Positions 43,286 through 54,173 of a DNA stretch of 64,000 bases are shown piece by piece; position 1 is the first letter of the stretch; every line of letters starts with the position of its first letter. Where the stretch lies: assembly GCA_038141865.1 (NCBI GenBank), contig JAYQIX010000006.1:20532-84531 (forward strand), read 5' to 3'. The notes under the pieces are model-generated. The model was not told where the DNA came from and did no database searches. It saw only the letters and a program-made list of their open reading frames with translations. Position numbers and translations under genes: made by a program. The stretch comes from Gammaproteobacteria bacterium (GTDB taxonomy: Bacteria > Pseudomonadota > Gammaproteobacteria > Magnimaribacterales > D2472).

Positions 43286-44272
43286 ATGTTTGAAAGAAAA
43301 TACCCATCTACAAGACTTAGACGTTTAAGATCTAGTAAATACCTTAGAGACATAACAGCAGAAAGTAGATTGAGCAAAGATGATCTTATTCAACCCATCT
43401 TTATCAAAGACATTAATGGATATGAATCTGTTTCTACTATGCCAGGAATTTCTAGAGTAGGGTTGGATGTTTTACTTGATGAGATTAAAGAAATAGCTGA
43501 TTTAGGAATAAAATGCGTAGCTATTTTTCCAGTTGTTGATAAAGAGAAAAAAGATGAATTTGGCAAGGAATCATTCAATGAATCTAATTTAGCTTGTTCA
43601 GCCATTAAAATTATTAAGAAGAATTTTCCAGAGATAATTATAATTGCTGATGTTGCTCTTGATCCCTATACATCTCATGGTCACGATGGTTTAGTAAAAA
43701 ACAATTATGTTTTAAATGATGAAACTATTGAAGTTCTTGAAAAACAGGCTTTAGCTCTTGCAAAAGCAGGAGCAGACATACTTGCGCCGTCTGACATGAT
43801 GGATGGTAGAGTTGGAGCAATAAGAGAAGCCCTTGAAAAAAATAATTTTCAGAATACTGTCATACTTTCTTATGCAGCAAAATTCAGCTCTAATTTTTAT
43901 GGGCCTTTTAGAGATGCTGTGGGCTCCGCTTCAAATCTTGGAAAAGAATCCAAATCTTCTTATCAAATGCTAACAGCAAATTCTGATGAAGCTCTGCATG
44001 AGGTAGCTATGGATATAAATGAGGGTGCTGATATTGTGATGATTAAGCCAGGAATGCCTTATTTAGATGTAATCTCAAAAGTTAAAGAAACATTTAAATT
44101 ACCTACATTTGCATACCAAGTTAGCGGAGAATATTCAATGATCATGCTAGCCATTGACAATGGCTTGTTAGAAAAAAAAGTTATGCTAGAATCACTTTTA
44201 AGCTTTAAACGAGCAGGGGCTGATGCAATTCTTACATATGCAGCCAAAGAAATTTCCAAGGAGTTAAACTAA
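43286..44272 (+). CDS. hemB: Porphobilinogen synthase (Asp-rich, Zn-independent type)
   Basis: DVALDPYTSHGHDG, SDMMDGR, FYGPFRDA, MIKPG, AYQVSGEY. Confidence 0.97.
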   Translation: MFERKYPSTRLRRLRSSKYLRDITAESRLSKDDLIQPIFIKDINGYESVSTMPGISRVGLDVLLDEIKEIADLGIKCVAIFPVVDKEKKDEFGKESFNESNLACSAIKIIKKNFPEIIIIADVALDPYTSHGHDGLVKNNYVLNDETIEVLEKQALALAKAGADILAPSDMMDGRVGAIREALEKNNFQNTVILSYAAKFSSNFYGPFRDAVGSASNLGKESKSSYQMLTANSDEALHEVAMDINEGADIVMIKPGMPYLDVISKVKETFKLPTFAYQVSGEYSMIMLAIDNGLLEKKVMLESLLSFKRAGADAILTYAAKEISKELN

Positions 44273-44593
44273 ATGGGCAACGTTAACATAGTAAATCAAG
44301 ATAATTTTCAAACAGACGTTCTGAATTCTGATAAACCAGTCTTAGTGGACTTTTGGGCAGAATGGTGTGGGCCATGCAAGCAGCTAGCGCCAACAGTCCA
44401 AGAAATTGCTAATGAAAATCCCTCACTAACAGTATGTAAAATGGATGTAGATGCTAACAGAGATACCGCTGTTAAATATGGTATCAGATCAATCCCAACC
44501 TTAATGCTTTTTAAAGATGGTGAAGCCGTAGGTACTGAAATTGGAGCATTAACAAAACAACAACTACAAGAATTTATTAATCAAGTCCTTTAA
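44273..44593 (+). CDS. trxA: Thioredoxin
   Basis: [11 protein letters not shown]; precedes rho. Confidence 0.97.
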   Translation: MGNVNIVNQDNFQTDVLNSDKPVLVDFWAEWCGPCKQLAPTVQEIANENPSLTVCKMDVDANRDTAVKYGIRSIPTLMLFKDGEAVGTEIGALTKQQLQEFINQVL

Positions 44594-44606
44594 AACTTAA
44601 TTTATT

Positions 44607-44635
44607 TTGCATCTTTAACAAAAAACACTTATCAT
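44607..44635 (+). promoter_or_regulatory. Putative sigma70 promoter of rho
   Basis: TTGCAT-N17-TATCAT. Confidence 0.55.
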
Positions 44636-44714
44636 TTTTATAGTTCAGATTTTTTAATATCCAAACAACCCAATTTATCAAAACAGTTCATCATTATATT
44701 TATAGGGAAATCAA

Positions 44715-45992
44715 ATGAACCTTACTGAAATTAAAGTCAAGCCAATAAGCGAATTGGTTGAAATTGCCACAGAACTTGGTCTAGAGGATGTCGGCCGACT
44801 TAAAAAACAAGAAATAATATTTAAAATTTTTAAATTCAAAGCCTCTGAAGGGATTGATATTTATGGCGGAGGAGTTTTAGAAATATTGAATGATGGATTT
44901 GGCTTTTTAAGGTCACCAGAAGGTTCTTACTGTGCTGGAGAGGATGATATTTATGTTTCTCCAAGTCAAATTAGAAAATTTAATTTAAGAAAAGGGGACT
45001 CAGTAGCAGGAAAAATAAGAACTCCTAAAGACAAGGAAAGATACTTTGCTCTTATTCAAGTTGATACTATTAACGGAGAAGAGCCTAAGAGAACAAAAAA
45101 TAAAATTCTTTTTGAAAACTTAACACCATTATTTCCCAATGAGAGATTATTTCTTGAGCAAGGAAGCGGTTCAAATGAAGATCTTTCATCTCGTATTATT
45201 GATTTAATTGCACCAATTGGAAAAGGCCAAAGGGGATTAATTGTTTCTCCTCCTAAGGCAGGTAAAACTTTAATGCTCCAAAGCATTGCACACTCAATCA
45301 AAAGCAATAACCCAGAAGTAGAACTTATAGTTCTACTTATAGATGAGAGACCTGAAGAAGTTACCGAGATGTCCAGAACTGTAAAAGGAGAGGTCGTTGC
45401 AAGTACATTTGATGAGCCGCCAACTAGGCATGTTCAGGTTGCAAATATGGTTATTGAAAAAGCTAAACGCCTCGTTGAGCACAAAAAAGATGTTGTAATA
45501 CTCTTAGACTCAATTACCAGACTCGGAAGAGCATATAACTCAGTTCAACCAGCATCAGGAAAAATCTTAAGTGGAGGCGTAGATTCAAATGCATTAGAGC
45601 GCCCTAAAAGATTTTTTGGAGCTGCAAGAAACCTTGAAGAAGGTGGAAGCTTAACTATATTAGCAACCGCATTAGTTGATACTGGCTCCAAGATGGACGA
45701 AGTGATTTACGAGGAGTTCAAGGGAACTGGTAATATGGAAATTCATCTTGAAAGAAAAATTGCCGAAAAAAGAATATTCCCTGCAATCAACATTAGACGC
45801 TCAGGTACCAGAAGAGAAGATTTACTTACCTCGGATGAAGAGCTACAAAGAATGTGGGTGTTGAGAAAAATATTAGATGAGATGGAGGATGCTCAAGGCA
45901 TTCAGTTCTTAATTGATAGATTAAAATCATTCAAAACTAATGAAGAATTCTTTACTTCAATGAAGTCAGGTAACGGCAAGAAATCTAGATAA
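44715..45992 (+). CDS. rho: Transcription termination factor Rho
   Basis: [34 protein letters not shown]. Confidence 0.98.
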   Translation: MNLTEIKVKPISELVEIATELGLEDVGRLKKQEIIFKIFKFKASEGIDIYGGGVLEILNDGFGFLRSPEGSYCAGEDDIYVSPSQIRKFNLRKGDSVAGKIRTPKDKERYFALIQVDTINGEEPKRTKNKILFENLTPLFPNERLFLEQGSGSNEDLSSRIIDLIAPIGKGQRGLIVSPPKAGKTLMLQSIAHSIKSNNPEVELIVLLIDERPEEVTEMSRTVKGEVVASTFDEPPTRHVQVANMVIEKAKRLVEHKKDVVILLDSITRLGRAYNSVQPASGKILSGGVDSNALERPKRFFGAARNLEEGGSLTILATALVDTGSKMDEVIYEEFKGTGNMEIHLERKIAEKRIFPAINIRRSGTRREDLLTSDEELQRMWVLRKILDEMEDAQGIQFLIDRLKSFKTNEEFFTSMKSGNGKKSR

Positions 45993-46689
45993 TCTTTTTT
46001 GCTGCGTCAATCATTGATTTGTCTGAGGCATCATTAGCAACAATTCCATTTATATTTTGAATATCTTTTCCAGCATCAAGAATACGCTGTGAAGACATAA
46101 CAAAAATTTTTTCTTTAATAATATCTTCGCCTATATTATTCAAAATAAATTCAAGTGTTTTTAAGTTATATATCAAAACCACTTCTTTTTCTTTATTAAA
46201 TGAGCCTAATTCAACTTTATTGTATGTAAGCTCATAACATTTTATTTCATCAATATTTTTAAGTTCATTTTGGAGATGGCCCCTGGTATTAGTGCCGCAA
46301 AAAATTAAGTTTCTGACATTTTTATCAGTATCAAGGTCTTTAGCAAGACCCTCTGAATTAGGGCTTGAAGCAATTATTGGCTTAACATTATGTTTAATCA
46401 ATTCGGATCCCGTTGCTGGCCCGATAGCATATATCTTTTTTGAAAAAAAAGTTTTTAATTTTTTTTCTGTCACAAGTTGCATGCCAAATATAACAGCCGA
46501 TCTACTCGTAAAGATTATATTTTTGTACATATCAATGTTTGCTAATAGGTTAGCCCACTTCTCTTGACTAACCTTATCTTGTACCTGTGATATTGAGGTC
46601 AGATGTATGTGTCTAATATCTATTTTTTCTTTTAATTCAATCTCTTTAATTGAATTAGATAATGCTAAGGGTCTCGTGTTAACAATCAT
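45985..46689 (-). CDS. hemD: Uroporphyrinogen-III synthase
   Basis: NTRP, IIFTS..AV, AIGPAT, SEGL; follows hemC. Confidence 0.85.
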   Translation of the reverse strand: MIVNTRPLALSNSIKEIELKEKIDIRHIHLTSISQVQDKVSQEKWANLLANIDMYKNIIFTSRSAVIFGMQLVTEKKLKTFFSKKIYAIGPATGSELIKHNVKPIIASSPNSEGLAKDLDTDKNVRNLIFCGTNTRGHLQNELKNIDEIKCYELTYNKVELGSFNKEKEVVLIYNLKTLEFILNNIGEDIIKEKIFVMSSQRILDAGKDIQNINGIVANDASDKSMIDAAKKII

Positions 46690-47582
46690 AAAATAATTGA
46701 TCTTGCCCCTTCAGAAATAAATTGATCAGCAAGAGTCACTATATTCTTATCAAGCTCAGCTACGCTTGAAATAGAGTTTTTAGCAATTTGTCTTTTACCA
46801 TCAAGAGATATAACTTTTGCTTGTATTTGAACCTTTTCATCTACCAATGTGCAAAGAATACATATTGGTGAAGTACAAGAGCCATCAAGTTGAGCAACAA
46901 AAGATCTTTCAGCATTTGCTAGTATCATGTCAGTCTCAGAATTAACACTCTCTATGACTTTTGTTAGATCATTTTTAACATTTAGACATTGAACGCCGAT
47001 ATACCCTTGTGATGCTGATGGAAGCATTTCTGATATTTTAAATTTGGTGGAATATTCGCAAACTATTTCCAGTCTATTTAATGCAGCCTCAGCAACAATA
47101 ATGGCATCATAATCTTGAGTAGAAAGTTTTGATAGTCTGGTAGCTATATTTCCTCTTATAGGCTCAACTTTGAGATTTGGATTCATGTTAAGAATCTGAG
47201 CAGCTCGTCTTGGGCTAGAAGTTCCAATCTTTGCTCCATCAGGCATGTCTAATAAATCTACATTATTTTTCATAACTAAAATATCTGCATAGCTCTCCCG
47301 GGGCAATACAGCATTTATAATAAATTTATTACTAATTTTTGCCGGCACATCTTTAAGACTATGCACAGCACAATCAATTTCATCTTTTAATAGTGCCTCT
47401 TCAAGCTTATTAACAAATAGTCCTTTGCCACCAATTTCATGAAGAGGGCCAGTTTTTATATCTCCTTCAGAGACAATAGGAATAATTTCTACATCAACAC
47501 CTAATTGAGATAGCTTATTACTTACATAATTAGCTTGAAATAAAGCAAGCTCTGATTTCCTTGTTCCTAGTCTTAATTTCAT
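46686..47582 (-). CDS. hemC: Hydroxymethylbilane synthase
   Basis: GTRKSELAL, GGKGLF, AVHSLKD, GTSSPRR, GSC. Confidence 0.96.
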   Translation of the reverse strand: MKLRLGTRKSELALFQANYVSNKLSQLGVDVEIIPIVSEGDIKTGPLHEIGGKGLFVNKLEEALLKDEIDCAVHSLKDVPAKISNKFIINAVLPRESYADILVMKNNVDLLDMPDGAKIGTSSPRRAAQILNMNPNLKVEPIRGNIATRLSKLSTQDYDAIIVAEAALNRLEIVCEYSTKFKISEMLPSASQGYIGVQCLNVKNDLTKVIESVNSETDMILANAERSFVAQLDGSCTSPICILCTLVDEKVQIQAKVISLDGKRQIAKNSISSVAELDKNIVTLADQFISEGARSIIL

Positions 47583-48130
47583 ATTTCTAATAGCAGAGCT
47601 TTTACATCTCCAAGTTTTTTTTCTTTTAAAATTTTTAACCTACTAGGTACTTCAATTTCAGAGAATTTACTAAACTCTAAATATATTTTACAAGATTTTT
47701 TTAATTCATTTTTGGATATAATTTTTTTAAGAATCTTCTCCTCAAGTTGCATATTGAAAGGCGGATCAATAATTATTAGATCAAAATTTGATAAGTCATT
47801 TTTTGATATCCAAGAGAATGCATCTATAAAAAATATCTTTGAACAATCTTGAAGCCCTAGCTTTGAGATATTTTTCTTTATATTCAAGTAATGCTTTTTA
47901 TTTAATTCTATAAAAGTAACTTTATTTGCATTTCTAGAAATTGCTTCAAAGCCAAGAGCTCCGGTACCAGCAAATAGATCAAGGCATTCGAAACCTTGTT
48001 TAAAGTCAAAATGTATCCAATTAAATAAAATTTCTCTAAGTTTATTTGAGGTTGGTCTAAGGCTATCATTAAAATCAAAATAAACTTTTTTACCTTTTAA
48101 GTTGCCACCAGATATTCTTATACTATTCAT
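47579..48130 (-). CDS. rsmD: 16S rRNA m2G966 methyltransferase
   Basis: RISGG, LRPT, LDLFAGTGALG.EA.SR, DPPF. Confidence 0.93.
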   Translation of the reverse strand: MNSIRISGGNLKGKKVYFDFNDSLRPTSNKLREILFNWIHFDFKQGFECLDLFAGTGALGFEAISRNANKVTFIELNKKHYLNIKKNISKLGLQDCSKIFFIDAFSWISKNDLSNFDLIIIDPPFNMQLEEKILKKIISKNELKKSCKIYLEFSKFSEIEVPSRLKILKEKKLGDVKALLLEI

Positions 48131-48198
48131 GGATTATGTTGTATTGTGTGTGCATAATTAATCATAAATGAGAACTTTTACATAAGTATAATTTAATA

Positions 48199-48663
48199 AT
48201 GAGCATTCAAGATGATTTTAGATTGGCAATGAGGAGTTACATATACTCTGTGAGTGTTCTTTCTAATAAAAGCAGGGACGGCATTTGTAATGCTATTACT
48301 GTATCTTCGGTTACTTCAATTTCTATGGAGCCACCAAGTTTGCTGGTATGTATTAATAAAGACTCAAAAATTCATGATGAGCTTATAGTAGGGTCAGAGT
48401 TTTGTATAAATCTTCTTACAAAAGATCAGCAAGATATTTCTAATGTATGCTCAAGCGAATCAATGCATGATAAGAGGTTTGATGACCCTAATTGGGATGT
48501 ATCTTTGATTCCATATTTAAAAAACGCTCAAGCAAATATTTTTTGTAAAGTTGATGATCTTATTTCCTATCATACCCATACAATAGTTCTTGCTCATGTT
48601 ACTAAATCTGTAAATAAAGATAAGATAAATACTTTAACTTATGTGGATGGCTCATATGCGTAA
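48199..48663 (+). CDS. Flavin reductase family protein
   Basis: FRLAMR, SVTSISMEPPSLLVCI, FCINLL, THTI. Confidence 0.88.
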   Translation: MSIQDDFRLAMRSYIYSVSVLSNKSRDGICNAITVSSVTSISMEPPSLLVCINKDSKIHDELIVGSEFCINLLTKDQQDISNVCSSESMHDKRFDDPNWDVSLIPYLKNAQANIFCKVDDLISYHTHTIVLAHVTKSVNKDKINTLTYVDGSYA

Positions 48664-49195
48664 TTTTTTTTCTGTTGGGATTGCATGTTTATTTCTGAGT
48701 GGGTGCTTATTTGTCCCAGCTGCGGTTACTAATACTGTTATGGGAGCTGTTATTCTTTCAGCCGCAAATGAAACAGCTAATGATAGGGCAGAGTGCGGTG
48801 AAAAAAGACCAAGAGTTTTTATTGTTTCTCCCCAAGATGGATTTGTCTCAGAAAAAACTTCTGTAAAAGTTGTTTTTGGTTCAGAAAATGTTCAGATTGT
48901 TCCAGCAGGTGCTGTAAATGAAGCTAAGGAAGATAAGTGTTTTGCAGTAGGCCATCATCATCTTTTGGTAGATAACGAGGCCTATCCGACATCTTGGATT
49001 CCATTTGATGACAATCATCTTCATTTTGGGCAAGGTCAAACTGAAGCGATAATTGAACTTGAGCCAGGTGCTCATACCTTGCAATTAGTGCTTGGAAATT
49101 CAATTCATAATGCAAGTTTTACAATAAATAATTTTGCTGGGCAGGGACCTTTCGTTTCAGAAAAAATAACAATTGAAGTAGTTAGCTCTGAATAA
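48656..49195 (+). CDS. DUF4399 domain lipoprotein
   Basis: Lipobox LSGC; SPQDG, GHHHLLVD, HLHFGQGQTE, PGAHTLQL. Confidence 0.82.
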   Translation: MRNFFSVGIACLFLSGCLFVPAAVTNTVMGAVILSAANETANDRAECGEKRPRVFIVSPQDGFVSEKTSVKVVFGSENVQIVPAGAVNEAKEDKCFAVGHHHLLVDNEAYPTSWIPFDDNHLHFGQGQTEAIIELEPGAHTLQLVLGNSIHNASFTINNFAGQGPFVSEKITIEVVSSE

Positions 49196-49799
49196 TACCT
49201 GTTATCACTTTATCTAAATGGAAGTCTAGGTTGCCGCCAATTATGGAGGCGCTTGTTATTGGGCCTTTGGTTTGCTCTGGATCTAATTGATCAACAATAG
49301 CAACTTTTCTTAATATCCCAACTAGGCCATGCAACATTGACCATAAAGTTACACATTTATAAGCAATTACTTCTTCTGGATCATTTGAAAGCTTTGAGAA
49401 GCTTAATCGCATGTTTTCATATGTGTCATTGGCACAATCTAATAAATCAGGATAATTAGTGAAATCTCCAACAGCTGTCCCGAACATCAAGTCATAAGTA
49501 TTAGCATGTTCCAAGCCAAAGTTAATATAATTTACACCTTTCTCAACTAACTTTTTCTTAGTAACTTTTTTTGATGTATCTATGTTTGTGGCTTCACTTA
49601 ATTTTTTGAAACCTTCCATAGCAACAGATGCATACAAAGATTCCTTAGTATCAAAGTGTCTATATGGAGCTGTTTGTGAAACCCCGCTCTCTTTAGCAAT
49701 AGATCTCATGCTGAGAGTCTCATATCCATGTTTTTCACACAATCTAAATGCACAAGATATTAATTCTTGTTTTAGATTGCCGTGATGGTATGTTTTCAT
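49182..49799 (-). CDS. TetR/AcrR family regulator with WHG-type C-terminal domain
   Basis: YHHGNLK, LSMRSIA...GVS..APYRHF, YDLMF, WSMLHG. Confidence 0.92.
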   Translation of the reverse strand: MKTYHHGNLKQELISCAFRLCEKHGYETLSMRSIAKESGVSQTAPYRHFDTKESLYASVAMEGFKKLSEATNIDTSKKVTKKKLVEKGVNYINFGLEHANTYDLMFGTAVGDFTNYPDLLDCANDTYENMRLSFSKLSNDPEEVIAYKCVTLWSMLHGLVGILRKVAIVDQLDPEQTKGPITSASIIGGNLDFHLDKVITGIIQS

Positions 49800-49834
49800 A
49801 ACAGTTTATTGAAAAACATAAATCTTACACTTTA

Positions 49835-49882
49835 ATGTTGACACTGTAAACATATAGTTTAATATGTTGACACTGTAAACAT
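49835..49882. promoter_or_regulatory. Tandem palindromic operators (probable TetR sites) overlapping TTGACA -35 hexamers
   Basis: ATGTTGACACTGTAAACAT twice, at 49835-49853 and 49864-49882. Confidence 0.8.
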
Positions 49883-49894
49883 AAAATTAGAGCT

Positions 49895-50889
49895 ATGCAA
49901 AAAAAGATTACAAGCTTAAATAATTTTTTTATTATTTTATTTATAGCTTTCTCCAACCAAAATATAAATGCTCAATCAATAGAGATTCTTGAAGCACAAA
50001 TTCAGAGATTCCTATTTTGTAAAAAAAGCCTTCCCAGGAATTCTTGCACCCAAGCCAACAATCAAAAATATCTTTTGAAATACCAGGTAAAGTTTCCATT
50101 ATTAATGTTGATATTGGAGATGAGGTAACAAAAGGACAGATTTTAGCTCAATTAGATAGTAGGGAAATTAATGCTCAACTTAAACAGGCTAAAGCAAGAT
50201 TTGATCTTGCTAAAATAATTTTGCAGAGAGTTGAAGATTTGAGGGTAGATGGCCATGTTTCAGATCAGCAATTAGATGAAGCAAATTCTGAGTTTCTTTC
50301 AGCGCAATCTCAGCATGAGTTTTATCAAGTTAAATTAGATCAAACAAAATTAGTTGCGCCATTTAATGGAATAGTTCAAAGTCGATATTTAGACCCTGGT
50401 ACTGTAATCAGTGGAGGAGCTCCAATTTTGGATGTCATAGATTCTGAGTATGTTGAAGCTCATGTAACACTTCCAATAAAATTCATTGAAAGATTAATGA
50501 TAAATAGTCAATACGAATTTACAGTTGGTGAAGCTAGCCATAAAGGCACTCTTATGAGAGTTGCTCCAGTATCTAAAAGCGGGTCTAATTCAAAGATTAG
50601 CAATTTTTCAATTTAATGAATTTTAAGTCCAGGTTTAGTTACTAAGCTTCAACTAAAAATTAAAGAAAATGCAAAGGGTTTGTGGGTCCCATTAAAATCT
50701 CTTTCTCAGTCTGATCAGGGGCTATGGTCAATTTACACAATTAGAAATAATATTGTTACCAAAGATTTGGTTGAAATAATCTACTTTGATGATAACTATG
50801 CATATGTTAATGGGACTATTTCAAGTGGAGATCAAATAGTTCTTGGTGGAGCATCAAAAATAGTTCAAGGAAAAGTTCTAGGTAGCTAA
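49895..50889 (+). CDS. RND periplasmic adaptor (membrane fusion protein), several apparent frameshifts
   Basis: SFEIPGKV...VDIGDEV.KGQ.LA.LD, LVAPFNG, WVP...L; directly precedes the RND pump. Confidence 0.85.
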
Positions 50890-53800
50890 TGAAAATTCTA
50901 GATATATTTCTTGAAAGACCAAGAGTTTTATTTTTAACATTATCTTTTATTTTATTAGCAGGAGTATCTTCTGCACTTTCTTTGCCTGTTCAAGAGAATC
51001 CTGAATTGGCACAACGCTGGGGCTCAGTTACAACAAGTTTCCCAGGGGCATCTCCAGAAAGAATTGAAACACAGGTTCTTGAGCAGCTTGAATTAAAATT
51101 AAGAGAAGTAACTGAGATAGATGAGCTTGATTCAATTATTGTTCAGGGTTTCTCAACAACTGTTGTTGAATTTGATCAAAGCCTAGATCCGTTATTAATA
51201 GAGCAAACTTGGTCTCAAGTACAAGATAAAATTGATCAGGTTAAACCCTTGATACCCGAGGATGCAAATCTTAATTTAATAAGATCCAGTGGTCCACCCA
51301 TCACAGTTATGTATGCCATACAGTGGGAAGGTAACGGAGATACTCCATACGTAATGATCTCAAGGATAGCAGATCAATTAAGAACCCAGCTTAATACACT
51401 TAAAAATACAGAAAAATTGAAAGTATTTGGTGGAACTGATGAGGAAGTAATTATCGAGGTAGACTCTTCAAAGCTTTCATCTCTTGGTCTAACTTTCATG
51501 GACTTATCAAGAATTATTAAGGGGCTTGATTCAAAAAAACCAATTGGGGTTATATCAAATGATCAGTCTGAGTATTTATTCAAACTTAAAGATGGTCTTA
51601 ATAGTATTAGTAAAATTTCTGATATACCCATAAAAGTTTTTAATCAAAACGAGTTAGTAAGGCTTGGAGACATAGCCAATGTTTCAAAAAGACCAGTAAC
51701 CCCAGTGGAAGAAATAATGCTGATAGATGGCAAAAGAACAGTCATGGTTGCTATTTCTGGGACAATGTCGCAAAGAGTTAATGAGTATGTTTCAGGCGCA
51801 GATAAGATTGTAGAGAAGCTAAATAAAGAGTTACCAGATGAAATATTTATTAAAAAAATCTATGACGAATCTTCTTACACAGCCGCAAAATTTTCTGAGC
51901 TATATACTAGTTTCTCTTTAGCTATATTTTTTGTACTATCTTTTAGTTTATTCTTTTTAGGATTGCGATCAGCAATAGTTGTTACAGCCATCCTGCCTTT
52001 TTCAGTCTCTCTGGTTTTATTTGGTTGTAATTTAATTGGATTGCCTCTTCATATGACATCAATGAGTGGGATCATAATAGCCCTTGGGCTTCTTATTGAT
52101 AATGGCATCATTGTTGTTGAAGACTACAAGCATAGAAGATCTTTGGGACTCTCACCAAATGAAGCTATAAAAGTTAGCGTCAATCACTTAGTTGCTCCGC
52201 TTACTGCAGCAACAGCAACAACTGTTTTTGCTTTTTTACCAATCGTTACAGGGGAGGGATCAAGCATTGAATTTGTTGGAGGTCTTGCAAAAACAGTAAT
52301 CATGTCGATCGTCTCTTCTTTAATACTAGCTCTTATTGCAGTACCAGTAATGATGACCTACCTTGAAAAGGTTAAGTTTTTAAACAGAGGCGATATATCC
52401 AAAGAGGGCTATCATAATGAAAATATAGTCTCAAAGTATAGACAGTTTCTCAGTTGGGCTTATCAAAGACCAAGGAGGGCTATAAGCTTAGCATTGTTAT
52501 TTCCAGTAATAGGATTTATTTCATTTGGATCAATTCCTAAAGATTTTTTCCCTCCACAAGACAGAGATATGTTTGAAGTAATAATTGAGATGCCTCAAGG
52601 CACATCAGCTGAAAAAACATTAGAAAAAGCTATCGACGTAAGGAATCAAATAATTGAATCAAACCTAATACCTTTAAAAAGAGATATATGGTTTGTTGGT
52701 AGCCGGTTACCAAGAGTGCTTATGAATGTGGTTGGTGGAGATTCTAAAGAGGGAAATAACAATACAGCTGAGGCTGTTTTATACGCAGAAGATTTCTATC
52801 AGATGATGAAAAATCTGCCTAAGCTAAGTAGAAAACTAAGCGCTGACAATCCCGATGTAAAAATTTTGGTTGATAACTTCTTTTCAGGACCTCCGGTATT
52901 TGCGGATATTGAATATAAAATAATTGGAAATGATAGGGAGATCTTAGGAATACTTGGTGAGCAGTTAGAGCTAATTGTAAGCAATGCACCAAATATCATT
53001 TTAACAAAAAATGAATTATCTGATTTTGTTACAAATCTAGAATTTGAGATTGATACATCTAATGTATATTTTTCTGGCAGCGATCCAAATTTAATTACTA
53101 ATGAACTTTATTCAGTAAGCAATGGTATTAATGTTGGTACCATGCTTGATGGATCTAAAGAGATACCCATTAGGATTACAGGTGTCTCATCAAATGAGGC
53201 CATTGATGAAGCAAGATTTCTAACAATTCCTTCTGAAGATTCAATTGAATATATTGATAATTTTGGTGAAAGTAAGATTGTAAGAAAATCAGGAGTTATT
53301 GCTCGTTATCAAAGCCAAAAATTAAATCAAGTTCAAGGCTGGGTTGAAACAGGAACCCTTCCTTCTGAAACCGAAGCTTATTTGAAAGAACCTATAGAGG
53401 AATTTATAAGCTCATTGCCTAAAGGTTTTTATATTGAACAGTCTGGTCAGGCTGAGAGTAGAAACCAGTCTCAAGGTCAGATCTATTCTTCTGCACTTTT
53501 TTATCTTGTGCTGATAATTGGTGGATTAGTTTTTGCTTTGAATTCATTTAGGCAAACTATGTTGATATTATCAGTAGGCGGTCTTTGTATAGGTCTATCT
53601 TATCTTGGACTTACAATTGGAAATCAAAATTACGGTTTTATAGCAACTATTGGGGCAGTAGGTTTAGTTGGCCTATCTATCAATGATTCAATTATTGTTT
53701 TATCTCATATTAAAGAAGAGGCTAGTAAAAAAATTATATCCAAGGCAGAAATTATTGAAGTTGTCATTAGATCAACTAGACATATCATTACAACCTCGGT

Positions 53801-53954
53801 AACTACCATTGGAGGCTTTGCTCCGTTAATTTTTACCAGTGTATTTTTTAGGCCCCTTGCATGGGCTATGACTATTGGAGTTTTAGGAGCAACTTTACTT
53901 GCACTGCTTTACATTCCAGCTATGTTTATAGTAATGAATAAAATCAGGAATTAG
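50889..53954 (+). CDS. RND efflux transporter, AcrB/AcrD/AcrF family
   Basis: 1021 aa, PGASPERIE, GLLIDNGIIVVE, FFPPQDR, RHIITTS.TT..G..PL. Confidence 0.93.
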   Translation: MKILDIFLERPRVLFLTLSFILLAGVSSALSLPVQENPELAQRWGSVTTSFPGASPERIETQVLEQLELKLREVTEIDELDSIIVQGFSTTVVEFDQSLDPLLIEQTWSQVQDKIDQVKPLIPEDANLNLIRSSGPPITVMYAIQWEGNGDTPYVMISRIADQLRTQLNTLKNTEKLKVFGGTDEEVIIEVDSSKLSSLGLTFMDLSRIIKGLDSKKPIGVISNDQSEYLFKLKDGLNSISKISDIPIKVFNQNELVRLGDIANVSKRPVTPVEEIMLIDGKRTVMVAISGTMSQRVNEYVSGADKIVEKLNKELPDEIFIKKIYDESSYTAAKFSELYTSFSLAIFFVLSFSLFFLGLRSAIVVTAILPFSVSLVLFGCNLIGLPLHMTSMSGIIIALGLLIDNGIIVVEDYKHRRSLGLSPNEAIKVSVNHLVAPLTAATATTVFAFLPIVTGEGSSIEFVGGLAKTVIMSIVSSLILALIAVPVMMTYLEKVKFLNRGDISKEGYHNENIVSKYRQFLSWAYQRPRRAISLALLFPVIGFISFGSIPKDFFPPQDRDMFEVIIEMPQGTSAEKTLEKAIDVRNQIIESNLIPLKRDIWFVGSRLPRVLMNVVGGDSKEGNNNTAEAVLYAEDFYQMMKNLPKLSRKLSADNPDVKILVDNFFSGPPVFADIEYKIIGNDREILGILGEQLELIVSNAPNIILTKNELSDFVTNLEFEIDTSNVYFSGSDPNLITNELYSVSNGINVGTMLDGSKEIPIRITGVSSNEAIDEARFLTIPSEDSIEYIDNFGESKIVRKSGVIARYQSQKLNQVQGWVETGTLPSETEAYLKEPIEEFISSLPKGFYIEQSGQAESRNQSQGQIYSSALFYLVLIIGGLVFALNSFRQTMLILSVGGLCIGLSYLGLTIGNQNYGFIATIGAVGLVGLSINDSIIVLSHIKEEASKKIISKAEIIEVVIRSTRHIITTSVTTIGGFAPLIFTSVFFRPLAWAMTIGVLGATLLALLYIPAMFIVMNKIRN

Positions 53955-54165
53955 CGCAATTATCAGAACAGTAGATTTTTGAATTTTTTTTTAAAATCAA
54001 AGACTCGTGAACGCTTATTCCACAGGCATAACAAGTCATCATTTCGTTTGAAATTTCCTTCTTACCTTTTTTAATAAACAAGTTTCTTAGCGAAAATAAT
54101 ACAATTGTAAGAACTGATAAGATTATTACTGGAATTAATAATAAAACTAACTTTATTATTGTCAT
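53944..54165 (-). CDS. Small membrane-anchored Cys-motif protein (PP0621-like)
   Basis: N-terminal TM helix, M.TCYACG..V, YCSDNC; lies after bamD. Confidence 0.7.
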   Translation of the reverse strand: MTIIKLVLLLIPVIILSVLTIVLFSLRNLFIKKGKKEISNEMMTCYACGISVHESLILKKNSKIYCSDNCANS

Positions 54166-54173
54166 CGCTAAAA

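Noticed and set aside
49835-49882. CRISPR-like or mobile-element repeat
   Set aside because: There are only two 19-bp copies with a 10-bp gap and no cas or transposase genes; the position between divergent TetR and pump genes fits operators.
580-52999. Numerous short antisense or alternative-frame ORFs (for example 13024-13356, 17203-17520, 42443-42814)
   Set aside because: They lie within well-supported genes, lack recognisable motifs, and are typical shadow ORFs.
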